DNA of 64,000 nucleotides from Aureliella sp. (lineage in GTDB: Bacteria > Planctomycetota > Planctomycetia > Pirellulales > Pirellulaceae). Below the pieces are notes generated by a model, which worked only from the letters and a program-made list of their open reading frames with translations, was not told where the DNA came from and did not search any database. Location of the stretch: the NCBI GenBank assembly GCA_963691875.1, contig OY829846.1, positions 4,384,001 through 4,448,000 of the forward strand, in the 5' to 3' direction. Of this stretch, positions 30,451 to 40,573 are shown piece by piece. The translations under genes and the position numbers were made by a program. The stretch's first letter is position 1; every line of letters begins with the position of its first letter.

Positions 30451-31560
30451 TTATTCGATCCAGCCGCCGCCGAGAACGCGATCTTCGCGGTAAACGACGC
30501 AGAGCTGCCCGGGCGCAATTCCACTGGCTCCATTAGTAAACTCGACGCGAATTCGGGCACCTTCGAGTACTTCTACCACAGCGGGGCGAGCAGCGCTGTT
30601 GTAGCGGATCTGTGCCATGCCTTCGAAGGAGCCCGTGGGCGGCTCGATAAGCCAGTTGACTTCGCTTGCGTGCAAAACTTGCCGATCCAGAGCTTTTTTA
30701 GGGCCAAGGACGACATCGAAGCTCTCCGGATCGATGCGCAGCACAAAGGCGGGTTCGCCGAGGGCGATTCCGAGCCCTTTTCGCTGGCCGATCGTAAACT
30801 GTTCGATTCCTGGGTGTTGCCCCAAGACTTTGCCTTCCTGATCGACAAAGTTACCAGCCGTGTTCTCAGATGAACGCGCTCGCACAAAATCAGCGTGCTT
30901 TCCGGTAGTGACGAAGCAGATCTCCTGGCTGTCTCGCTTATCGGCGACGCGTAATCCGGCCTTGCCAGCCAGAGCTCGGATATCCGGCTTCACAAACCCA
31001 CCGACAGGTAACAACATTCGCGAAAGATACTTGCGATCAATGCCCGCGAGCACATAGGACTGGTCTTTGCCAGAATCTACGCCGCGCAGAAGTGCGGGGC
31101 CATCTTCAGTTTGTTCTAGTCGCGCGTAATGTCCCGTTGCAACGAACTCGGCATCCACGCTATCAGCGTAGTCAAACAGGCGTCCAAACTTGATCCAATT
31201 GTTGCACTGGACACAAGGGTTCGGTGTGCGGCCTTGTGTGTATTCGTCCACGAAGTAATCCACGATGCGCGAAAAGTCGGCTTCGAGATCGAGGGCATAG
31301 AAAGGAATGCCGAGGCGATCTGAGACACGTCGTGCGTCCATGGCATCGGACGCGCTGCAGCAACCTTGCTTGTGATCCGTTCTTCCCTGCAGTATTGGCA
31401 GAAGCGGGTTAGGTGAGCCGTCCTCTAGACTGCAGCTCTCGGCCGACTCTTCGCCGTGACGCATAAAAACGCCGACAACATCGTAGCCTTGTTCGAGCAG
31501 TAAATGCGCGGCGGCCGAGCTGTCGACACCTCCACTCATGGCTAGAACTACGCGTTGCAT
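30451..31560 (-). CDS. mnmA: tRNA 2-thiouridine(34) synthase
   Basis: [44 protein letters not shown]. Confidence 0.97.
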   Translation of the reverse strand: MQRVVLAMSGGVDSSAAAHLLLEQGYDVVGVFMRHGEESAESCSLEDGSPNPLLPILQGRTDHKQGCCSASDAMDARRVSDRLGIPFYALDLEADFSRIVDYFVDEYTQGRTPNPCVQCNNWIKFGRLFDYADSVDAEFVATGHYARLEQTEDGPALLRGVDSGKDQSYVLAGIDRKYLSRMLLPVGGFVKPDIRALAGKAGLRVADKRDSQEICFVTTGKHADFVRARSSENTAGNFVDQEGKVLGQHPGIEQFTIGQRKGLGIALGEPAFVLRIDPESFDVVLGPKKALDRQVLHASEVNWLIEPPTGSFEGMAQIRYNSAARPAVVEVLEGARIRVEFTNGASGIAPGQLCVVYREDRVLGGGWIE

Positions 31561-31724
31561 CTTTGCAGGCTTGTAAATGTGTCGGGGGTAATCGCTGGAC
31601 TCGATCGGCTGCCAGGGTTCAGTCTTTTTCTACCCCGAAGCGTGAACGAGAAGATAAATCTTGCCTTGCCTCGCTGATGCTTCGGATTGTGATTAGTCAC
31701 GAACCGTCCGTCAGTTGCCAGCCG

Positions 31725-32462
31725 CTACCAAATGCCGAGCGTCTCGAGTTGTTTCGTTGCTGTTCCAGCCCAGTCTTTGTTGGCCGCGGGCGAAGCTGGG
31801 CTTGGGTGGAGGATTCGCCCCACTTGGAGTTCCAAACCTGCCTTTTCAATCACACGCTTGCCACAGTTTTCCGCGAAGGCGCCAACGCCGACCAGGAATT
31901 CCGGTTGCAGCGTTTCAATCAATCCCGCCAAGTGTGCGTCACAATGCAATTCAAGTTCACAACGAATGGCGGCTGGAAGTTTGTCTGGAGTGACGTTTCT
32001 GGCCGATTCCTCCATGAAAATTAGAGGACAGTAATTGGCCACAAAGTGTTCGTAAAAGAAATCATTGGCTTTGGGATATTTTTCGTGCATCAAGCCCCAG
32101 AGACGGCGACCAGAAACTTCGCTGCGGGCGCAGTCGAGGCCTTCAATCGGACGCTTCGGGTGTTCGGGGTCTGGCTTGGCAACCTTGGCATTGATTCCCA
32201 GGTATTTTTTGACGAATGCGATTTCTCCGAAAGGCACACCACATTGTGCCATTCCCCATGGTCCAGGGTTCATGCCGAGCATCAAAAACCTGCAACTCTT
32301 ACGAGCGTACTTATTCAGATACTCTTCGTGGGCATTCCAAGCGTAGTTCAGCGGATTGTAGACCCAGGGAACCGCGTCGCTGAAGTCAATCTGCTCCACA
32401 GCCTCACTCAGCGTCTTGGCAAGTCCGATGACTTTTTTGCTGGTAGCACTTCCTGCTGGCAT
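31725..32462 (-). CDS. SMUG1-family (family 3) uracil-DNA glycosylase
   Basis: GMNPGPWGMAQCGVPFG, SEVSGRRLWG, NYCPL, HPSPASP. Confidence 0.92.
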   Translation of the reverse strand: MPAGSATSKKVIGLAKTLSEAVEQIDFSDAVPWVYNPLNYAWNAHEEYLNKYARKSCRFLMLGMNPGPWGMAQCGVPFGEIAFVKKYLGINAKVAKPDPEHPKRPIEGLDCARSEVSGRRLWGLMHEKYPKANDFFYEHFVANYCPLIFMEESARNVTPDKLPAAIRCELELHCDAHLAGLIETLQPEFLVGVGAFAENCGKRVIEKAGLELQVGRILHPSPASPAANKDWAGTATKQLETLGIW

Positions 32463-32516
32463 GAATTGCTCGCGTTGAACTTGGCGGAACGGTCGAGAGT
32501 AGGGGTCGGTGAAGAG

Positions 32517-33836
32517 CTACATTTCGGCAGCTTGCTGCTCCATGAACTGCATCGCTTTGTCGCCGATGTCTTTACGGCACCATGAACCGGACCAGCGGAC
32601 TTGTTGTACCGCTGTGTAGGCGTTGAGTTTGGCTTTAGCGATGTTGTCGCCTAGTGCGGTAACACCGAGGACTCGGCCGCCCGAGGTGACAACATCCTGT
32701 CCATCGAGCGTAGTTCCGGCTTGGAAGACCTTCACATCTGCCAACCCGTCAGCCGCATCGATGCCGGAAATGACTTCGCCTTTGTCGTAGTCACCAGGAT
32801 AGCCCTTGCTGGCCATTACGACACAAATCGCCGGTCGCTCGTCCCATTCCGGCGCTTCGATTTGATCCAAAGATTGGTCAACAACTGCGTCCAAGATATC
32901 GACCAAATCACTCTTTAGTCGCATTAGCAAAGGTTGGCACTCTGGGTCGCCGAAACGGCAGTTGTATTCCAGAACCTTCGGCCCGGCTTGTGGAGTCAGC
33001 ATCAAGCCAGCGTACAGAACGCCACGGAATGGCTTGCGATTGCGTTTCATCGTGTGAACTGATGGCACCAACACGTGCTCTTCGATCCAAGCCATCAGTG
33101 CGTCATCAACCATGGGCGTTGGGCAGTAAGCTCCCATGCCTCCGGTGTTCGGACCTGTGTCGCCATCAAAGGCGGGCTTGTGATCTTGTGCAGGAGGCAA
33201 CGGCAAAATGGTCTTACCGTCGGTAATTGCCAGCACGCTGGCTTCTTGACCTTCCAGTCGTTCTTCGATGATCATCTGGGCGCCGGCGGAGCCAAACTCT
33301 TTTCGTCGCGCGATGCGGTCAATGGCTTCCATTGCGTCGTTGCGTCGCTTACAAACTATGACACCTTTACCAGCCGCCAAGCCGTCTGCTTTCACAACGA
33401 CCGGGCAGCGATCGCGTTCGCCAGGATAGCGGCCTTTTATGAATCGCATCGCGTCGTCAGCATCGCGGAACACTTGAAAGTCCGCCGTGGGAACGTCAGC
33501 TTGACGGAGCAAGTTTTTGCAAAACGCCTTGCTGCTCTCAAGCTGAGCCGCCTGTTGTGTCGGACCGAACACGCGCAGTTTTTCAGACTCGAAGGCATCG
33601 ACGATACCTATCGAAAGGGGGGCTTCGGGTCCCACAACGGTCAAGCCGATGTTCTCTTTCTTCGCGAAGGCGATGAGGCCTTCAATATCGTTCACTCCGA
33701 TGTCGACATTGATAGCGTCACGCGCAGTTCCGGCGTTGCCTGGTGCGACAAAGACGTCGGTCACTCGAGAGCTTTGACTGATTTTCCAAGCCAAAGCGTG
33801 TTCACGTCCGCCATTTCCGACAACGAGTACTTTCAT
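32517..33836 (-). CDS. purD: Phosphoribosylamine--glycine ligase
   Basis: GGREHAL, VGPE, KADGLAAGKGV, QDHK, GPNTGGMG, EYNCRFGDPE, GGRVL. Confidence 0.97.
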   Translation of the reverse strand: MKVLVVGNGGREHALAWKISQSSRVTDVFVAPGNAGTARDAINVDIGVNDIEGLIAFAKKENIGLTVVGPEAPLSIGIVDAFESEKLRVFGPTQQAAQLESSKAFCKNLLRQADVPTADFQVFRDADDAMRFIKGRYPGERDRCPVVVKADGLAAGKGVIVCKRRNDAMEAIDRIARRKEFGSAGAQMIIEERLEGQEASVLAITDGKTILPLPPAQDHKPAFDGDTGPNTGGMGAYCPTPMVDDALMAWIEEHVLVPSVHTMKRNRKPFRGVLYAGLMLTPQAGPKVLEYNCRFGDPECQPLLMRLKSDLVDILDAVVDQSLDQIEAPEWDERPAICVVMASKGYPGDYDKGEVISGIDAADGLADVKVFQAGTTLDGQDVVTSGGRVLGVTALGDNIAKAKLNAYTAVQQVRWSGSWCRKDIGDKAMQFMEQQAAEM

Positions 33837-34117
33837 GAGCTCGCGTTTCCTGTTCTATTCGCCTTGCAAAGTTCACCCCTACGCAGGGATTGTAGGCATT
33901 CTGGGCGAGTTCGAAAGTCGCGCTGGCCGAATCGTTTGTGGAGTTGTTCAGGTAAGCAGAGCTAGTGGGTGGTATGGCGGGCTCGCTGACAACCTCTGCT
34001 TGCGGTGAGGCAAGCTGTAAGCTCGGGGAGGTTCTTGCTTTCCTTCGCCACGAGCCAACTAGAGCCTGATCGATAGTTCACAGAGCCCGAACCTAAATCA
34101 TCCTGACGGATCGAGTA

Positions 34118-36301
34118 ATGCGCAAAGTAAAAAATGGAGGTGGCTGGGCAGCGATCCGGTACACCTTTTCCAAGGCTAAAGAAGCGGGTGGGCTGCTGAA
34201 GCTTTGGAAGGCGATGCGGAGCAAAAACGCTTGCAAGACGTGTGCTCTTGGGATGGGGGGCCAATCCGGAGGGATGGTGAATGAGCAGGGTTCTTTTCCG
34301 GAAGTATGCAAAAAGTCGCTTCAGGCGATGGTCTCCGACATGCAATCGGGAATCTTGCCGACTTTTTGGGATAAGCACAGCCTACATGAATTGCAGCGAT
34401 GGACTCCTCGGGAGCTGGAATACGCTGGCCGCTTGATTCAGCCTCTGCTGTACACGCGCGGTGAGGATAAATACCAGCCGATCACTTGGCAGGACGCCTA
34501 CGAACGTATCGTGGCCAAGCTCGGCTCGCTCAACCCGAACCAGACCTTTTGGTACTTCAGCGGGCGCAGCAGCAACGAAGCTGGCTTCTTGTTGCAACTG
34601 CTAGCTCGAGTGTACGGTACCAACAACGTCAATAACTGCAGCTACTATTGCCATCAAGCCAGCGGTGTTGGTCTCAACAAGTCTTTGGGGACGGGCACCG
34701 CTACGGTGACGCTCGAGGATCTAGATCACGCCGATCTGGCGATGATTATAGGAGGCAATCCGGCCAGCAATCACCCACGACTGATGACTTCGCTCAACCA
34801 TCTGCGCCGTCGAGGTGGCAAGGTGTTAGTGATAAATCCCGTGCGCGAGCTTGGTATGCGACGTTTTCGGATTCCAAGTGATTGGCGCAGTATGTTGTTC
34901 AGATCTGAGATAGCGACTCACTATGTTCAGCCACATATCGGTGGCGACCTTGCACTTCTCTCAGGAATCGCCAAGGCGACGGTGGAGAGCGGAGCCATTG
35001 ACCAGAGCTTTCTCGAGGGATATTGCAATGGACTCGACGACTACATCGACTGGTTGACCGAATTACCTTGGAAGGAACTAGAGATCAAGAGCGGCATTGC
35101 CGAGCCAGAGATGCGAGAAATCGCAGAGCTCTATGCCTGCTCGAGGTCCGCCATCTTTGGCTGGACTATGGGAATCACGCATCATAAGCATGGTGTAGAC
35201 AACGTTAGTTCGATCGTCAATCTGGCTTTGCTACGTGGTATGGTGGGCAGGCCTGGTGCTGGGCTAATGCCGATACGAGGGCATAGTAATGTTCAAGGGA
35301 TGGGCTCGATTGGCGTGACCCCTAAGCTGAAAGAGCAGATCTTTGATGGTCTGCAAAATCATTTTGGAGTGCAGCTCCCGACTTCGCCTGGAATGGACAC
35401 GATGGCCTGCATGGATGCAGCGCGAGCGGGGCAAGTGAAAGCAGCCTTTTGTTTAGGCGGAAACCTTTACGGATCCAATCCAGATGCGACCTATGCAGGC
35501 GAAGCACTTAGCAAACTGGAATTCTTGGTGACCTTGAGTACCACGATGAACACAGGGCATGTTCACTCCTTGGCGGATGAAACAATTGTGCTGCCAGTGC
35601 TAGCGCGCGACGAGGAACCGCAGCCGACGACGCAGGAGTCGATGTTCAACTACGTGCGTCTGAGCGATGGTGGGGAATCGAGATTACCTGGACCTCGATC
35701 AGAGGTTGAGGTGGTTGCCGAACTCGGTAAGCGATTGTTCGCAGCTTGCGAAGATTCCGCCGTTCCTTGGGGGGAAATGCAGGATACCGATAGAATTCGC
35801 GAGTGGATCGGATCGGTGGTTCCCGGTTACAAGAAGATCTCCGAAATCGGTCAGGGCAAGCAGGAGTTTCAGATCGATGGTAGGACTTTTCATCAGCCGT
35901 GTTTTGGAACAAGTGACGGCAAAGCTAGTCTTCACAGCTACGAACTTCCTGATCTGTGTGGCGGATCAGATGAACTACGCATGATGACCGTGCGCAGTGA
36001 AGGCCAGTTCAACACGGTTGTCTACGAAGAAGAAGACCTTTATCGAGGGCAGGAACGTCGTGATCTGATTTTGATGCATCCGGATGATTTGGCACGCTTG
36101 GGGATAAACGAAGACCAGCCCGTCCGGGTTAAGAATTCTGTTGGTTCGACTGAAGTCCTCGCTCGGGCTTACGAAGATATTCGGGCGGGAAACGTTTTGA
36201 TGTACTTTCCTGAAGCGAACGTCTTGGTGCCTCGCGATCTTGATCCGCAATCGCGGACCCCGGCTTTCAAGGCAGTGGCTGTCAAAATTGAGCCGCTATA
36301 G
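34118..36301 (+). CDS. FdhF/YdeP-family molybdopterin oxidoreductase
   Basis: SGRSSNE, NNCSYYCH, NPASNHPR, PIRGHSNVQG, RSEGQFNT, SRTPAFK. Confidence 0.92.
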   Translation: MRKVKNGGGWAAIRYTFSKAKEAGGLLKLWKAMRSKNACKTCALGMGGQSGGMVNEQGSFPEVCKKSLQAMVSDMQSGILPTFWDKHSLHELQRWTPRELEYAGRLIQPLLYTRGEDKYQPITWQDAYERIVAKLGSLNPNQTFWYFSGRSSNEAGFLLQLLARVYGTNNVNNCSYYCHQASGVGLNKSLGTGTATVTLEDLDHADLAMIIGGNPASNHPRLMTSLNHLRRRGGKVLVINPVRELGMRRFRIPSDWRSMLFRSEIATHYVQPHIGGDLALLSGIAKATVESGAIDQSFLEGYCNGLDDYIDWLTELPWKELEIKSGIAEPEMREIAELYACSRSAIFGWTMGITHHKHGVDNVSSIVNLALLRGMVGRPGAGLMPIRGHSNVQGMGSIGVTPKLKEQIFDGLQNHFGVQLPTSPGMDTMACMDAARAGQVKAAFCLGGNLYGSNPDATYAGEALSKLEFLVTLSTTMNTGHVHSLADETIVLPVLARDEEPQPTTQESMFNYVRLSDGGESRLPGPRSEVEVVAELGKRLFAACEDSAVPWGEMQDTDRIREWIGSVVPGYKKISEIGQGKQEFQIDGRTFHQPCFGTSDGKASLHSYELPDLCGGSDELRMMTVRSEGQFNTVVYEEEDLYRGQERRDLILMHPDDLARLGINEDQPVRVKNSVGSTEVLARAYEDIRAGNVLMYFPEANVLVPRDLDPQSRTPAFKAVAVKIEPL

Positions 36302-36568
36302 TTCTAGCGGCTTGTCGGTATTTTCACTTAACATGCCGCCATCGACGATGGCATACGTTGGCGTGCGGCAATCATTGTTTGCCTGCACGACAAATTGCCT
36401 ATGATAAGCGGAGGCCAACTTACCACACTCCCGCTTGGCCTTCCCACCTACCTGCAGCCATGACGAAGCAGCGGTTTTTTGCAATTTATTGAGCCAGTGT
36501 CTTTGCAGTGTTTTACAACTGGCTCGTCACCTCTCAGGACAGCGCAAACGTAACCTCAAGGAGAATTT

Positions 36569-37456
36569 ATGCGCACTCGACGGTTGGTAATGCTTTCGCC
36601 CCTTGTTTCAATTCTCTTTATGTCCATGCTCGCTTGCAGCCGGCAATAAGAAGCAGGTACCGCGCGCCGCCGCGCAGCAGGGCTTAGCGCAGCTTAAAAA
36701 GAAGGAGACGGAAGTATCCGAATCGGAAAGCCTGCATTTTATGTCCGCTCCCGTGGTTCAGTAGAAAGCGACTTTGAAGTTCGAGGTTGTTTGGGGTGGC
36801 CCGATTCCTAAACGCGAAAAGCTGAAAGCAGACAGGGCGGTTTGCGGGAATTTCAATATCCTTTCCGAGAAAATGGCAGTGGGTAAGGGCGGAGCTATCG
36901 AGAACTTCATGGTGTATTTCGACGTTTGGAAATACAAGATCGAGCTTCCCAAATCCCCTGCTCCGTAGAAGCAAGCCGTCCTGGATAACAAGGGCTGCGT
37001 GTTCGTTCCTCATATTCTGCCTGCCAGAGCTGGGCAGAACTTTGTGGTCACCAACAACGATGGGGAAGGGCACAACGCAAAGTTTCCTTTCTTCGAAAAT
37101 AAAGAGCAGAACCCACTTGTTCCTCCAAAAGCTCGGAAAATGATCCCAGTACCCAAAGCAGAGCCGGTTCCACCACCAGTGGAATGCAACATCCACGGTT
37201 GGATGAAAGCTTATGTCGTCATGTTCGATCACCACTATCTGAGTATCTCAAATGAAAGGGGGGGATTGAAATTCGAGATTTGCCTGTAGGAACGGTCACA
37301 TTCAAGCTCTGGTTCGAAAATGCTATTAGGACGATCGATGAAAGTGAGCTGAATGACGAGAAAGGCAAATGGGGAAGAGGTAACATCGAGATCGATTTAA
37401 AGCTAGGTTTGCATGATCTTGGCATCCGTAAGATTCCAGCTGACAAGTTCAAGTAG
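36569..37456 (+). pseudogene. Disrupted paralog of the adjacent cupredoxin-like lipoprotein
   Basis: AAGGAGA Shine-Dalgarno, ATG 36569 and a lipobox-like MLAC. Stops at TAA 36647, TAG 36762 and TAG 36966. Frameshifts between 36650 and 36760 and at the G7 run 37258-37264. Fragments align to 37605-38474 (LDNKGCVFVPH, GHNA, CNIHGWM, DLPVG, ...DKFK*). Confidence 0.88.
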
Positions 37457-37604
37457 AATTGAGTGGAAGATGCCGTTCTCGAAATCTTTTCTTGACGGAT
37501 GCACGCACTCGGAAGACATTAGTACCGTCAGAGATATGTAATTTCCGCGATGACGTGGCAGACACATTCGTTAGTCGGTCAACGCGAATCCTTTGGAGAA
37601 GAAA

Positions 37605-38474
37605 ATGAAAAAAATTCTGTGTTTCTTGGCACTTGCATCACTTGGTTTGGCTGGCTGCAGCAAGCTTCAGGAGACTGAAATGGCTGTCGCGCCGTCTGCG
37701 GCAGCTCCCGCCGTCGCAGCGGACCAAGAAGTTGCCAAGCCAGAAAAGGCGGTTCGACTGGTTTCTGCGCCAGCTGACACAGCAACGCTCAAGGTAAAGT
37801 TCATGCTGGATGGAGATGTGCCGAAGCGAGAGGAGGTCGATGGGAGCCGCGATCCATTCTGCGCAGATCTGGAAATCCTGTCTGAGAAAATGGTCGTCAG
37901 TAAAGCAGGTGAGATTCAAAACGTGGTGTTGTATCTGGATGCTCGCAAGACCAAGGTGGACTTGCCTAATATTCCTGTGCCTGATGTCAAGCCGGTCTTG
38001 GACAACAAGGGCTGTGTCTTCGTGCCGCACGTGTTCGCTGTACGAGCCGGGCAGACAGTTATCGTGAAGAATAGCGATGAAGCAGGACACAACGCCAACT
38101 TCAATTTCTTCAATAACCCATCGAAGAACTTTCTCGTTCCTGCCGGCGGCTCCAAGGAGCTCGAAATCAAGCAGAGCGAGCCCACTGCAATTCCAGTGGA
38201 CTGTAACATTCACCCATGGATGAAGTCACACATCATCGTCATGGATCATCCCTTCGTTGGAATTTCCAACGAGAAGGGCGAACTTGAGATTAAGGACCTT
38301 CCCGTCGGGGAGGTCGCTTTCAAGATTTGGCACGAGAACTCCGACAGGTCGCTGGAGAAGGGCGAGCTGAACGGCAAGAGCGAAAAATGGTCGCGAGGAG
38401 TCATGAAAGTGGAGCTCAAGCCAGGTATGAATGATTTGGGCACGATCAAGTTCAAGGCTGACAGCTTCAAGTAA
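37605..38474 (+). CDS. Cupredoxin-like lipoprotein
   Basis: Lipobox LAGC, DNKGCVFVPH, GHNANF and CNIHPWM. Start moved to ATG 37605. Confidence 0.8.
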   Translation: MKKILCFLALASLGLAGCSKLQETEMAVAPSAAAPAVAADQEVAKPEKAVRLVSAPADTATLKVKFMLDGDVPKREEVDGSRDPFCADLEILSEKMVVSKAGEIQNVVLYLDARKTKVDLPNIPVPDVKPVLDNKGCVFVPHVFAVRAGQTVIVKNSDEAGHNANFNFFNNPSKNFLVPAGGSKELEIKQSEPTAIPVDCNIHPWMKSHIIVMDHPFVGISNEKGELEIKDLPVGEVAFKIWHENSDRSLEKGELNGKSEKWSRGVMKVELKPGMNDLGTIKFKADSFK

Positions 38475-38505
38475 GTCTTCTGCCGATCAACCAGAAACTA
38501 ATCGC

Positions 38506-38535
38506 ACAAGCTCCGCTCTCTCGAGTGGGGCTTGT
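38506..38535 (+). terminator. Hairpin after the cupredoxin-like gene
   Basis: ACAAGCTCCGCTC-TCTC-GAGTGGGGCTTGT 13-bp stem with G-U pairs. The U-tract is weak. Confidence 0.45.
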
Positions 38536-38606
38536 TGCATATGCGGTTCACTATTGGTTTACAATGGAGTTTCCCTCTCGCCCCTTTCCTATTCTCGGAA
38601 CCTGTT

Positions 38607-39488
38607 ATGAAAAGCCTCTTCCTTCTTACTTGCAGCTTTTGGCTCACGGCGTTTTGCTGCACCGGTGTTTCCGCCGATGAGAAGGCGAAGATCGTTTTTA
38701 TTTCCGGCTCGCCTAGTCATGGTCGGATGCATCACGAGCATCGGGCAGGAAATATGATTCTGGCTGAAGCATTGAATCAGTCAGGTCTAGATGTCAAAGC
38801 GGAGTTGGTGCCGCATTATGGCTACCCAAAGAATCAGAGCATTCTGAAGGATGCCGCGACAGTGGTCATTTTCTGCACCGGTCACCGTGGCCACGTGTTG
38901 AATCCGAAGTTGGATGAATTCGATGAGCTGATGAAAAGTGGCACCGGCGTGGTCATGATTCACTGGGCGACAGAAGCCGAGAAAGGCAAGCCTGGCGAGA
39001 AGTTCCTGGAGTGGATGGGGGGCTTCTGCGACCTCAATTGGTCTGTCAATCCGCACTGGACAGCGAACTTCAAAGAGTTCCCAGATCACCCGATTGCCAA
39101 CGGAGTGAAGCCATTCTCGATTAATGATGAGTGGTACTACCACATGCGATTTGTACCTGGGATGAAAGGTGTCACCCCGATCTTGTCAGACTTGCCACCA
39201 CCGGAATCACTACGCCGGCCTGATGGAGAGCGGAGCGGGAACCCCAGTGTACGCAAGGCGGTGGCCAACGGAGAGAAGCAGCATGTGGCCTGGGCGTACC
39301 AGCGTCCAGAAGGCGGTCGAGGTTTTGGTTTTACGGGAGCCCACAATCATGTGAGTTGGCAGGACGAGAACTTTCGAAAAGTGGTCTTGAACGCCATTCT
39401 CTGGACCGCGAATGTAGAAGTTCCAAAAGGTGGTTGTCCATCGCCTGCTGTCGGGGAAGAGCAAATCAAAGAGAACCTAGATAAGTGA
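38607..39488 (+). CDS. ThuA-like (class I glutamine-amidotransferase-like fold) secreted protein
   Basis: SHGRMHHEH, IHWA, DEWYY, GRGFGFTGAH and NFRKVVLNAILW. Start moved to ATG 38607. Confidence 0.85.
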   Translation: MKSLFLLTCSFWLTAFCCTGVSADEKAKIVFISGSPSHGRMHHEHRAGNMILAEALNQSGLDVKAELVPHYGYPKNQSILKDAATVVIFCTGHRGHVLNPKLDEFDELMKSGTGVVMIHWATEAEKGKPGEKFLEWMGGFCDLNWSVNPHWTANFKEFPDHPIANGVKPFSINDEWYYHMRFVPGMKGVTPILSDLPPPESLRRPDGERSGNPSVRKAVANGEKQHVAWAYQRPEGGRGFGFTGAHNHVSWQDENFRKVVLNAILWTANVEVPKGGCPSPAVGEEQIKENLDK

Positions 39489-39600
39489 TCTGCTAGTCGG
39501 TCGCTTAATTTTCCGAGCGGGGGTGGAGTACTCGGATTGCTGAGTCGGCTTCAGGCTCAATAGAGGAGTTGTGCAGCCCGAGCGGGGCTGATTCAAACAA

Positions 39601-39978
39601 CTATCCAGCAAGGATGTTTTCTAGCTTCTGCCGAGTTTCTGGCGTTGCTAGCTCAAGCTTTCCGAAGCCGCGCACGGCTCCTGCAGCAACAGCTGTATCT
39701 TGATGTTCTGCATAGTTGGTGACCAACATGACTGGCGTGGCGGCCAATTCTTCGTCGGCTTTGATTTGCTTGAGAATCTCGATCCCGTCGGAGTAGTCGA
39801 TGTCGAGCTTCCGATTGATGAAGACTAGGTCGAACGAACTCTCTCGGAGCATGTTCAATGTTTGACCAAGTGTGTCTGCTTTGGCGACTTTGCTGCCTGG
39901 AAACAGCCTTTCGATCAATTGGCAGATTGACCTATGATCCGGTCCACAGTTCCCGACGTCGAGGATACGTTTTGTCAC
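39601..39978 (-). CDS. Single-domain atypical response-regulator receiver
   Basis: CheY-like pattern (RILDV...FDLVFIN...DGIEILKQIK...PVMLVT...AVAAGA...GK). Canonical Asp residues are replaced. Confidence 0.85.
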   Translation of the reverse strand: MTKRILDVGNCGPDHRSICQLIERLFPGSKVAKADTLGQTLNMLRESSFDLVFINRKLDIDYSDGIEILKQIKADEELAATPVMLVTNYAEHQDTAVAAGAVRGFGKLELATPETRQKLENILAG

Positions 39979-40213
39979 GTGACGGTTCCTGAGGCTCGGA
40001 AAAAGTTAATTACTGGTTTTTGACGTCTGCTTGCTCGGATTGAGCTGTAGTCTTATCATTGGAATCACAGCCGCTAGTTGCAGCAGTGAGCAGCATGCCG
40101 GAGACAAATGCAAGCAGAATGAGGCTGGCTGCGAAGCGTTCTCTTCGCATAGGTAGGATCAGACGAACCATAGTTTTAGGGGAGGTGTGCCAGTCTAGAG
40201 TGCATGTTTAGAA

Positions 40214-40573
40214 TCAATCAAGCCACTCGTCAGAAGGATCGAACTTGGGCGAGGCAATAATCATCACCTTCATTTTTCCGATCGCACGATGCCGTGTTCC
40301 CGGGTGGATCACGATCGTCGACTTCTCTTGAACGGGAAATAGCTCTCCATCCAGTTCCATCTTGGCTTCCTGCTCGCACTCCAGGATGTAGTAGGTCTCG
40401 GTGATTCGCTTGTGGTAGTGAGCCTTTGCGTTTTCCGAGATCTCCGTGATGTGGAGTGAATAGGGAACACTCTCAATGTCCATCAAACCACGGCGTGCCA
40501 CTCCACAAGGGCATGGGGTGGGTGGAATCTCATCAAAATTCAAAAATGAGAATTTCGTGTTTGGCGAAAACAT
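40214..40573 (-). CDS. Cupin domain protein
   Basis: HYHKRITETYYILE and IHPGTRHRA metal motifs, plus a PCPCG motif. Start moved to ATG 40573. Confidence 0.85.
   Translation of the reverse strand: MFSPNTKFSFLNFDEIPPTPCPCGVARRGLMDIESVPYSLHITEISENAKAHYHKRITETYYILECEQEAKMELDGELFPVQEKSTIVIHPGTRHRAIGKMKVMIIASPKFDPSDEWLD

Noticed and set aside
33075..33965. 296-aa plus-strand ORF and other long alternative-frame ORFs in the track
   Set aside because: Antisense or alternate-frame shadows of well-supported genes (here purD), with no motifs.
33837..34117. ZTP or purine riboswitch upstream of purD
   Set aside because: No consensus elements recognised by eye. An Infernal/Rfam scan would be decisive.
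36762..36968. In-frame TAG codons suggesting pyrrolysine or stop recoding
   Set aside because: The same gene also has a TAA and frameshifts, and TAG ends normal genes in this window. Pseudogene decay explains it.
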